A DNA stretch of 64,000 nt, from NCBI GenBank assembly GCA_032718475.1, contig JAUCBJ010007649.1, forward strand, positions 51,577-115,576, read 5' to 3'. This DNA is from Nemertoderma westbladi (lineage: Eukaryota; Animalia; Xenacoelomorpha). Below the pieces are notes generated by a model. That model was not told the DNA's origin. It saw only the letters and a program-made list of their open reading frames with translations, and made no database searches. Below are positions 45,647 through 56,922 of the stretch, in pieces (positions within the stretch are counted from its first letter, which is position 1; every line of letters starts with the position of its first letter). The position numbers were made by a program, and so were the translations under genes.

Positions 45647-45879
45647 TGCCAGCGCACATACGAAGGGGGAGGCCAGCAAAGGTGGCACCGAAGAGAGTGT
45701 GGCGAAGAGTTAGAGGACGTATAGGAGGGCAGCAGGAGAGTGCCTACTGGAAGAAGGGGCACGTGAGAGTTTTTAGTCGTCCAAAGTTTTGGACTGAGGG
45801 GGGTGGGAATGAGGGCGAGACGCCCTTCCCACGCACAAAATATAAAATAATTATTTAATTAAATAAAAATAATTAAATA

Positions 45880-47900
45880 ATAGAGTAGGTAGAAGTTAGG
45901 TAGTTAGGAGTTAGTTAGTGAGGGTACGTGTAGTACCGTTAGTAGAAGAGTTAGTAGGAGGGTACGTGTAGTACCGTTAGTAGAAGAGTTAATAGAAGGG
46001 TACGTAAGTACCGCTAGGTAGTTAGAGTTAGAGGGTACGTAAGTACCGCTAGGTAGTTAGAGTTAGAGGGTACGTAAGTACCGCTAGTTAGAGTAAGAGT
46101 TAGAGGGTACGTAAGTACCGCTAGGTAGTTAGAGTTAGAGGGTACGTAAGTACCGCTAGTTAGAGTAGGAGCTAAGGGGTACGTAAGTACCGATTAGAGA
46201 GTAAGAGTTAGAGGGTACGCAGTACCGTTAGAGAGTAGGAGCTAAGGGGTACGTAGTACCATTAGTTAGTAAGAGTCAGCTAGTTAGAGAGTTAGAGGGT
46301 ACGTAGTACCAATAGTTAGTTAGAGTTAGTAGGTACGTAGTACCTAGTTAGAGTTAGAGTTAGTAGGTACGTGGTACCTAGTTAGAGTTAGAGTTAGAGG
46401 GTACGTAGTACCGATAGTTAGAGAGTTAGAGGGTACTAGTACCTAGTTAGTTAGAGTTAGAGGGTACGTAGTACCGATAGTTAGAGAGTTAGTAGGTACG
46501 TAGTACCTAGTTAGAGTTAGAGTCAGTAGGTACGTGGTACCTAGTTAGAGTTAGAGTTAGAGGGTACGTAGTACCGTTAGTTAGTGGAGTTAGAGTAAGA
46601 GTTAGAGGGTACGCAGTACCGTTAGAGAGTAGGAGTTAAGGGGTACGTAGTACCGTTAGAGAGTTAGTAAGAGTAAGAGGGTACGTAGTACCGCTAGCTA
46701 GTAGAGAGAGCTAGAGTAGTAAGAGGGTACGTAGTACCGCTAGTTAGGGGTGTTAGTAGTAGCAGTAGAGGATTGTGGGCACCGTAAGCGCCACGTAGTT
46801 AGAGTTAGTAGGGAATGCGCTGAACTTAGTGGGGCACGGGCGTGATGATGTGTTTGATGTAAGAGCAGGGTATGTTAATTAGAGTTAGTGGGAGTTAGAG
46901 GTTAGTAAGAGGGTACGTAGTACCGGTTGTGGTTGTGGGCACCGTTAGCGCCACGTAGATAGAGGTAGAGTTAGTAAGAGGGTACGTAGTACCGGTTGTG
47001 GTTGTGGGCACCGTTAGCGCCACGTAGAGAGTTAGTAGAGTTAGTAGAGTCAGTAGTAGTTCACATAATTAACGTACCCACTCTGCCGGCACTCAGAGCG
47101 TCACGTGTAGGCGATGAGACGTAAAGGGGGTGTAGAGGAGTACAGACGGGCACATAGGGTGCCAGGTAGTAAGTTAGAGAGGTAGTAGTGTAGTAGAGAG
47201 GGTACATAGGGTACCAGTGAGTAGAAGAGTAGAGACGGGCACGTAGGGTGCCAGGTAGTAGAGTTAGAGAGTTAGAGATAGAGTAGAATAGTAGAGACGG
47301 GCACATAGGGTGCCAGGTAGTAGAGTTAGAGAGTTAGAGATAGAGTAGAGTAGTAGAGACGGGCACATAGGGTGCCAGGTAGTAGAGTAGGGTGTTAGAG
47401 GTAGTAGAGAGGGTACATAGGGTACCAGTGAGTAGAAGAGTAGAGACGGGCACGTAGGGTGCCAGGTAGTAGAGTTAGAGAGTTAGAGATAGAGTAGTGT
47501 AGTAGAGAGGGCACATAGGGTGCCAGGTAGTAGAGTAGTAGCAGAGAGGGCACATAGGGTGCCAGATAGTAGAGTGGTTGTGGGCACCGCAAGCGCCACG
47601 TAGTTAGAAGAATGGAATAGAGTTAGTAGAGCTAGTTAGTAGAGTTAGCAGAGCTAGTGGAGTAGAGTTAGTAGAGCTAGTTAGCAGAGTTGGTAGACTC
47701 AGAGGAGTCAAGTAGAGTTAGTAGAAGTAGAGAGCTAGTAGGAGTTAGTTAGACTTAGTAGAGAGTTAGAGTTAGTAGAAAGTTAGAGGCTCTCAGTTAG
47801 AGCTAGAAGTAGTAAGAGTTAGTAGTTAGCAGAGTTAGTTAGATAGTTAGAGTTAGTAAGCAGTAGGTAGATAGTATGATAGCACAGGGGTAGCATTAGA
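45880..47900. repeat. Purine-rich complex tandem repeats (TTAGAG runs, GGTACGTAGTACC, GGGCACATAGGGTGCC) inside E3
   Basis: Directly visible. Confidence 0.9.
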
Positions 47901-48274
47901 GATTAAAGCCTTAGGGAGTGACAGAGAGTGGAGAGGTAATAGTGCGGAGTGCGAAGAGAGCGTGGGCGCAATTCAAGTGTGGGGGAGGAGAAGTGAGAGG
48001 AAGAGTGTGGGACGAGGAGGTCCGGGAGTATGCGAGAGTTGGAGTAGAGTGGTGAGAGTGTTGGGGAAACAAAAATTGTGTGAGAGAAGCGCACGATCGG
48101 CCCGACACGAGACGCCAGAGGGTAGTGACATCATACCCATAGGGAGCGGCCTGGAAAGCCGACTCCGAAAAAATAGACCCACCCCACACCCGATAATAGA
48201 TCGGGATCCAGCGGAATTGTAGCGCACTTGAGTTGGATGCTATCTTCTCACCGGGAAGATAGCATGGGGGGGAG

Positions 48275-48803
48275 TGTTAGCTTATCCAATTCCGCTAACA
48301 CAAACCCATAGAGTGAGCCATAAAGCAATATTGGGAGCCTATTGTCAGCCCAGTAAACGGGGACAATAGGCCCCAAAGGAGACACACACAATAAGGGTCA
48401 GGGGTTACTCCCCTGACAAGAGAGAGAACAGCAAGGGCGAAGGGAAGCACTTCAGAGGGGGGCAAAGGGTGCCAACAGGGGTATCAACCAATCAGAGGGG
48501 GGAAAGGCATCGATTGAGTAGCAATAAGGCCACCGTGCAATATAACCAGTTACCAGTAATCATACCGGTCAGTTATTCAGTTTACTCAGTCAGATCAGTA
48601 GGGTGGAACGGGGACTTCTGTCACCGTCCGCTACCGCCATCTATATATTACCTATTGTGTCATACTATATTATATCAACTGTCAGACTATTATACCTTTA
48701 TACATATTACCCAACATCAGAACTCTTTTACCTTTCACACACGGCGGGGACGCGTGGATAGAAAACCCAAACGGATAAACCGGGATCCGTAGATCCCGTC
48801 ACA
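48275..48803 (+). repeat. E3 3' LTR
   Basis: Preceded by PPT GGGGGGGAG and followed by TSD AGCCA. Confidence 0.97.
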
Positions 48804-48808
48804 AGCCA

Positions 48809-50734
48809 AGCTCGCTAAATCCAAGGCGGACCCGAATGTTACGCGACAGCGGTTGGACGCATACAACAAAAGAACGGAGGAATTACGCGCGGAATACAAT
48901 GCGTTATATCCCTACGATGCGTTATGCGACGCTAGCGACATTTGCGAGGATCCAGACACCGAAATACGCCGATTGTATCATACGCTGCAATATTTGACGG
49001 TAAACGAACCTTTACCTGCAGCTAGAGACGAATTTGAAGGAATGCATCTTTATAGACGCGCTCGAGGAGCGGATCCAGAGACCAAGGACGCGTTTTCCGT
49101 ATACAAACTGTTTTATAAATGCGGAGCGTGTATGCGCGAGCAAGACAACGCGATTCCTATGCGGTTGAACTCGGAGAACCCCGAGCCGATATTAGCGCGA
49201 TGTTCACACCACCAAAGTCTACGTTATCAAGAAGGCGGATACCCTTTAACAAATCCATATCATTCATTTAAGATGAGTGGACCGAACGCGGGTGAAATTG
49301 TTATTTACGAACCAAAATTAGTCGAACCAGACGTCTACAGCATGGTAGTGGACGAGTCTAATAAGTCGACACAAGAGAAACGGGAAGCTTTGAGCCTCTA
49401 CAGGGCGTACAAGGCGTACGAGAAAGGCGAGATCGAGGAGTTCGGCGGAAGGCTCGCGAGCCTACCATTCTATTGGATATCCCACGATCAAACCGAACCC
49501 AAGGAGATGACACCCGAGCTCTTCGATAGTATCACCTTTGCTCAGCGTTTGTCGCAGAGACTACAGATACCTCACGTTGAGATGACGCGAGAACCTCAGC
49601 CCCATTCTACTGGAGCAATAGTACCGGTTGCGAGACCAACTAGTTTTCCTATTAGTATACCGACCCGGAAGGAGACAACTTACGAGATCCCTATAGTTGA
49701 ACACCCGGAGATCATCTCGAACCTGGATTTCCTCCCATCGGTCACCTTCGGTGATGTGTTAGAATCAACCGAGTTGCGTAAAGTAATAGTTCAAAAAATC
49801 GTACGCAACGTGCCTCCACATATCACGGACTTTAAGGAAGTGGATCGCGCGGGGACGGATATCGCACCTTGTATCTTGCGAGGATATCTGACGAAAACGA
49901 TTCGATTATGGATCGGAGTTGGGACGTTTGAGACCGACACCGATATCGCGACCAATTGGACTGGTAAACCTATTAGTTTCGATGATGAAAAGTCGATCGG
50001 GAGAATTTGGAACCCTACCGACGATTTACTCGACGATTGGGACGTGACTAGCCGATCTCTGAAAGAGAATGGATATATGTTTTACGATAATGAAGGAGGA
50101 AGCCATCAGCAAAGCCTCACTTCAAAGACGATACAGATTAGAGCACCAGATGGCGTGTTACATGTCTTCAGCCGACAGAGGAGTGATAGGAAGATGCCTA
50201 TGCCGGAAGGAACGACGCAAAGACACGCGATGATAGGGCGGATGGTTAAATCCATGGACCTAGCTTGTAGCATAGAAGCTAGGATGTTGCCAAAGGCCGT
50301 GCGAGACGTTGTGTTGGATAAGAGCATCGTCAAGATCGGATCCGGTGTACGGGATGACCTCATTAGCGACTTTGCAGGGATGCCCACGGAAGAGGACCGA
50401 TTGCCTACGCCATACGTGGATACTAGACCATTGTTGCTTTGGGCTATTGAGCAAGGATACTTTAGAGAGTATAACACGCTAAAAACTGGGACGGGTTATA
50501 TCTCATATCTGATGTTCAGTTGGGATTACAAGGAGAGTAAGAGGAACAAATACACGGACGTATACGGAGAGGGAGATACCCCCGGCGTAAACGAGTTCGA
50601 GTCACAGTTGAAGTGGCGAGGTTGCGTGTATTGGGCCATTACTTCACCTCCGCGGATAATCTTGCAATACTATTTAGCGATAGAATCTTCGGTTAACGTT
50701 TGTTTCATCGCGGACGTAGTATCCAGAACCTTAA
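48809..50734 (+). pseudogene. E2 accessory ORF segment 2 (Cys/His domain and 3'-5' exonuclease-like domain)
   Basis: FYDNEG; LPKAVRDVVLDKSIVKIGSGVRDDL; YVDT; YYLAIES; homologous to the E1 accessory ORFs. Confidence 0.85.
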
Positions 50735-52286
50735 CCCTATTAGTACCGGGCTATAAAATGTTGTACAAATACCGGGAGGGGGTCATATTGACCCCCCCCT
50801 CTAAAATCTACAAATATTTACGAAAACGTCTGATTTTTTGTTTGTACGTAGGTATCACTTGTCTGGATCCGACCGAAAAAAAAAATTTTCGAAAAAATGT
50901 ACTGGGGTGGTTATATTGCAGCACCAAAATTACAAGTAGTGCACAATTTTCACCAAATTTGAAAGTTACATTTTCGGCTAATTATTTTTCAATACAGGTT
51001 TTCTGGGGTGTAAAATACATTGGAAAATATTAAAAAATGATATGATTACTATAAATGGCTGTTTAGTCCTCTCTGCGTAGGAAAAAAATGAAAAAAACAA
51101 GTAACCAGCACTTTTCAGTTAGAACACAAAATTTTTAATTCACTTATACGATGCTATAAATTCACATTTTCAGGTTTTCGAGGGCGCTGATTCTAATGGA
51201 ATACATTTCTAATATGCTAGATCATTGCTACTTGTATTTTTCGGCGTAATTTGGCAAATTTTGGTGCTAGCACCAAATTTCGTACCCATCACCAAAAAGT
51301 ACAAGTTTGCAATGTCCAGTGCAGTTTTTATTGATTCCATCGGATTCAGGACCCTCATAAACCCGTATAACGCAAGAAACAAGGTGATACTATCTACTTA
51401 TCAATTTGCATATTTTCCAAAATTTGGTGCTGGCACAACAATTTTCACCCACCGGCGAAAAATACAAGTTTGACAACTCTTATGAAATTTTTACTGATTC
51501 CATTGAATTCAGAACCATCACAAACCTGTATAACGCAAGAAACAAGGTGACACAATCAATTGATATATTTGATGGTTTTCAAAATTTGGTGCTAGCACCA
51601 CATTTTGCACCCACATCCGAAAAATACAAGTTTGAGATGTCTAGTTCGATAATTATATTTTCCATTGAATTCAGAACAGCCATAAACCTCTAAAACGCAA
51701 GAAATAAATTCTCACAAGCAATTTTATCTATTGAATGGATTTTCAAAATTTCGTGCTAGCACCAAAATTTGCACACAGCACCGAAAAATACAAGTTTGAT
51801 ACGCTTGGTGCAACTCGTATATATTTCTTCGAATCCAGAAACCCAAAAAACCCCAATTGCGTAAAAAACAAGTTTCAAACGATCAATTTACAAAATTGAC
51901 TTATTTCAAAATTTGGTGCTGGCACCAAAATTTGGCACCCACCGAAAAAAACAAGTTTAAAATTTCTAAATCAATTTATATGAATTCCATCAAATTTCTA
52001 ACACCAAAATACCCGTGTAAATAAAAAATAGAGATGTTACAATTCATATTTAATGAAATGTAATTTTCAAAAAACGTCTCAAAAAAAGTGCCAAAAGTAG
52101 GGTTAAAAAATGGCGCTATAACTCGAAAAGTACCCAATATTTTTGAAAACGGTTTTCACTACTAGGAAGACAATAGATTTTTAGGAAAAGTCATAAAATT
52201 TCAGATTCCCAACTGCGTTTGTTTCAGAATTATAATAAAAAAACCACGGGAGGGGTCATATTGACCCCCCCCCGGGTTTAATAGGG
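50735..52286. mobile_element. Non-autonomous piggyBac-type DNA transposon (1552 bp)
   Basis: TTAA TSD (50731-50734 and 52287-52290); CCCTATTA...TAATAGGG termini; AT-rich, no transposase; excision restores the host ORF. Confidence 0.92.
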
Positions 52287-52290
52287 TTAA

Positions 52291-53987
52291 AGCGACACCC
52301 GTTATGTCTTGGCGAAGGACATACCTTTTACGATGGAGGAAGGACGCATACTGATGTATTCCGACGATTTCTCCAACCCTTTTATAACACCGATGCGCAC
52401 TGCGAAGTTTTCACGCGAGCGGGACTTAGCGTTTTCAGGGACGTCTATCTCACTCACGCGGGAAGTCTAGTCGACAGACCGTCGATGTTAACGTTAGTAC
52501 CCTATGACGGGGAACGCCACGCGGAATTCGAACGCCCGGAAGGATCCTGGAAGGCTCGCGAGCCTACCGCCCATCATGACGATGTGGATCCGACCGAGTT
52601 GGCGCTAATAGACGAACCGTTACGGCAACTCATAGAAATAGAAGAGAACCTTCCAAGGAAGACGCGAACTGAGATACGCGAGTTAGAGAAAAGCGATGCC
52701 ATGGTTTGTGTACAACCTACGGAGACGAACATACCGACTGACCCGGATGATGAGAATTATCACGTGGACGGTAGCGCTCGCCCCATCGGAGACCTCATCT
52801 ATGAGCGAGTTTGGTATCCTGCCAACACTATTTGTGGCAGATGTGGAGCAACTGGCCATCACGCAAAGAAGTGCGGAGCGAAGCACATATCTCTACCGGA
52901 TTTAGTATGCAACTGGTGCGGGGATCAACGTTCGCACACTTTCTACACTTGCTGGCGTTTCGTGGCGCAGTGTACTTATTGTAATATTAAGGGCCATAGG
53001 GCATCTGAATGTCAACTTAGAGACGTCCCCTATGAGCACATGTCAGTTAAAATCGTTCGACAATTATTCGACCATTGGGAGGATCTAGCAGACGAGCATG
53101 TATCGACGCAGCGACGCCGCTTCCCTATGAGAGCACATTTGGGATTTTGGGCCGTAAACCCTCTCATAATGTCAAAGGAAGGATATGTATCGGCTATGCC
53201 TCAGTACGATGAATTGTTGGAGGTATTGGATATATTGCCGTTGGACAGTGGATTCAAGGTTGTGCGGGATTATTTCTTACAAGTGCACCCCGACAACAAG
53301 AATACTTGGAACTTTCAAACTGTGGTGAACAAGATTACCGCCGGAGAATTCGATAAACTGCGAGTTGAACAGCGGAATCGAGGAGCCTGGCATTCGATAG
53401 CTTGGGCATACCGGAGCGCATTTTATCACAAACGCGTAACCTCGTGCATTCTGGACGAGACCGACGTTTTGCGTGAGACTGGCTTCAAGGCCACGCCGTT
53501 AGCGGAGAAGACGCGTCACCCACAGGATGATCAGCAATTTCGTATACTCAAAGCCCAGAAGGCCGGACAAGAGATCAAGAAGATAGTGAATGTCGCCGAG
53601 AGGACGACATCGAAGTCGCAAATCCGGATGACTCGGGGCACGGTTTCCCTTGCTAGAGAACCACGTGGAGGGACAGGATACGCTTTGACTGAACCCATTA
53701 GGATTCAAACGACGTCAGAGAGCGAGGTGTCAACGGACGGAACAGTCCTACCCTTTCGACTTCCTCCTAGCGTTGTAGAAACTCGATCCGATATTAAGTC
53801 GACAGTTGGAATCGGACGAGGATTTAGAGGATTGAGCGCACGACGGATGTGCGAAACTCCCGTCGTCCCCTTTCCTAGCGTTTTGGAACCACCGACAACT
53901 CGACGCCGAAGTCCGAGCCCTGTTCGACCTCGACCACCCCCCAATCGCACTAGAGGACGTGGACGAGCCCGCTCAGCGAAGGAATAG
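52291..53987 (+). pseudogene. E2 accessory ORF segment 3 (three CCHC knuckles, basic tail); includes the 52485 ORF
   Basis: Rejoined SRTLKRHPLCLG...FRRFLQPF matches E1 SRTIRAHPLKLG...FRRFLTPF; knuckles CGRCGATGHHAKKC, CNWCGDQRSHTFYTC, CTYCNIKGHRASEC. Confidence 0.85.
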
Positions 53988-54643
53988 GAAGCGAGTGGAA
54001 GGAAGGCTTGCGAGCCTACCGATTTGGATATTATATTTGGATATTATATTTGGATGTTATATTTGGATTTTATTTGGATATTTTATTTGGATATTTATAT
54101 TGGACGTTATGTTTGAATGTTGGGTTTGGAGGAGCGAGATATGGAAAGGAAGGCTTGCGAGCCTACCGTTAGCAATTGGTGCTCAGGAGAAGATATCCAG
54201 ACCAGCAGGACGAACTTTTTAGCTCGTCAGGAGGACTTTTAAGACTCATTTGAAAGTTATTAGCGCATTATGTTTATATTAAATTTGGACTGATTTAATT
54301 TGGTGAAGGTTTATTATGTATATTTACAATATATAAAGATTTATCGAAAGAGTTTGATTTATTTGTTTGATTTGTTTGAATTATTTGTTTTGATTTGTTT
54401 ATTTGCTTATCTTGATAACCGAAAGCCTTTTTTTGTATTTTAGGCACTAAAGTTAATTCGTAAATTTGTATTTGTATGTACGATCGATTGTATTTACGCC
54501 GTATCTGCAATATTAAGTATGCAATGATTAGATAGTGATTATATTTTATATTTTAGGCCCTACCAGTAAATTTAGAAATAGTTTGTAGATATTTTATATT
54601 TTGATTGGTGAAAACAGTCTTACTTACTGTTTTCATGGAGCGG

Positions 54644-56922
54644 TGATGAATTATTTCACTATAAGGTAGCATTTGTAGTTTAACTTTAACGTAAAAACTT
54701 TTGAAAATCCGACGTATTTTGATTAAGTTACAGTAATGTAATATGCCTATTCATATTTGTACACATAAAACCCTTAGGTACTCTCGTGGCGTAGTGGTCA
54801 GATGGTTAAGGCGTTGGTTACATTACGTAGGTTACGAGTTCGAATCCCAGTCGGGAAATTTGTATTTTGGGGCCATTTATTTTCGTGTGGTGCTAATTGA
54901 TAGGCCAATGAGAAGCGTACAGCGTAGCGAATAATGAGCCAGGCCAATCATAGGGCATAAATTACCTTATTGCTCAAATGTGAGGCAGTGGAAAATTCTG
55001 TTAGGATTCCATGTCCCAGATTAGTGTAAGGGCTGGACTGCGTTGAACGATGAGCTGGGCCAATCATAGGGCACGACGCACTTCATTGCTCAATTGTGAA
55101 GCTGTGGAAATTTCTGTTTAGTTTCCATGTGCAATTTCTAGTATAAAAGGCCGGTTTGCCTTCGGTTATCACTGCTATAACTTCTTATGTCACATATCTC
55201 ACTTGTTATTACCCCTTATTTGTAAAATTAGTTTATTCGGTTTCTTGTTGAAACTTCGTTTGATAAATCCTTTGTAAAACTGTAAATATACTGCAATTTC
55301 CTGACATGTTTTCTTTTGGTCCGACTTCGGGACAGCCGAACACCAGGGAGATGGCAGCCTAGACCGTTAGGCCGTAAGCAACGCAGGGAAGGGATGTCCA
55401 CAACACGCTAGCGCCCACATTGGATCGACCGCGCACCCCCTTTGCCCCTTCGAAATACTCCACTTGCTATGCAGCGCCCGCTTTGTGAGAAGGTAAGACT
55501 TTGTTCGACGCCCTTGCCCGCCGTAAGACCTATAGATCAGGGTAAGCGTGACACCGCACTGGACGCCGCAAATTTAGGATCAAATAATTATATCCAGACA
55601 ACCCCCCCCCCTCTCTTGTCAGTCCTACGAACCCCTGGGTTAACCTGTACTTCCTACAGGTGCGAACTATTGCCATTCGTCAGTACGCGAGTACATATTA
55701 GGTACGGACAGCATATGTTCCATAATTTAGTGATTCGTAGCACTGACTGTTTGGTACCGGTTCGCTTTGTAGAACGTACATTAGTACCCCCCCCCCCCCC
55801 CCCCTTGTCTGGAGTTAGCTATTTGATCAGGCAAGGAGTATTTCTGCTACCGGCACACTGCTTGGCCTAGGGAGGTTTATTAATATCCTACCGCGCCTTG
55901 CCACGTACTGATAGGTATTGCTGCTAACTACCGCAGCAACAAAGTTCTAGAATTAAATTAGTATACCAGATCAGCTAACGTACGGTAGCGATTAACCCCT
56001 ATTCTTATCTTACAACCAGAATCTGGTATTAGTGCCGATCACGGGTGTAGTTACTAACACTGTGGTTGCCCATTGGGTTGTGGATAGGAAGGAGAGAGCT
56101 TTGACGTCATTCGTGAGTATAAAGTTCTACAAACGCGACTAGTTTATTTTAGTAGCTAGCGCACGGTATCATTTAGTCAGAAAATCACTAAAACCTAGTA
56201 AAAGGAATTACACGAAATTGTTTTATTTGTAACACACCCACACACACACGCCCTAAAACATATTGCCCTTAAAGTTCTACTAGCTATAGCGTACTATACA
56301 TTACGTTAGGTGGAAATTATCTGTATTTGTAAAATTAGGATCTGATTTAGTTGCGGCAAATAAGGAGTATTTCACTTTCGTTATTAAACTGTTGTTTGTC
56401 TGGACAACGGTATTGTTACATTTAGGCCTGACCCTTTAGACTGATTTCGTACAGGGGGATCAGTTATTGTTACATTTAGGCACGACCCCTTTTCGACTGA
56501 TTTAGGACTGTCAGTGTTGTTACGCTAGGTCTGTTAACCCACTAGCTCGTATATAAACCATATAAATCACACCGCGGCAAGTTACTGTATTTAGGACTGT
56601 CAGTGATAGTTAGGATTCGCTGCGCGGGGATTGTTTTCCCGTGAGTTTGGTCTGTTACTGTAACTGTACATCTGCCTCACCGGTTAGAGGACAGGTATCC
56701 TTCTGTCTAGTACGTAGGCATTAGACCCGCTCACGTACATAGAATAGATACAAGGCTCTGTTCCTCGCCAGTAGTCGTTTGTGTACTATATCTGTTTGTT
56801 TAGATATCCTGGACTGGGATTTGTTGTCAGATACTGTACAAGCCCGTATACATTACTAGAGTCTCATAGTAAGATACATCGTTACTAGGATCTGGTAAGC
56901 GGTATACTACTGGACCCTTACA
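54644..56922 (+). repeat. E2 3' LTR (2279 bp)
   Basis: Direct repeat of 28528-30807; preceded by the short purine tract GGAGCGG. Confidence 0.96.

Larger units (their letters stand above)
41493..48803 (+). mobile_element. Non-autonomous BEL-related LTR element E3 (7.3 kb) nested in E2
   Basis: 529-bp TG...CA LTRs that look identical; TSD AGCCA (41488-41492 and 48804-48808); PPT at 48266-48274; gag-like ORFs only, no RT or IN. Confidence 0.95.
28528..56922 (+). mobile_element. BEL/Pao LTR retrotransposon E2 (about 19.5 kb without nested inserts), probably chimeric
   Basis: 2.28-kb TG...CA LTRs; intact 2952-aa gag-pol; interrupted accessory ORF; flanks AGGCA and AGCAC do not form a TSD. Confidence 0.94.

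Noticed and set aside
50735-51693. C-terminus of the 48853-51033 ORF and short ORFs at 51225 and 51406
   Set aside because: Read-through into, or chance ORFs within, the non-coding piggyBac-type insert.
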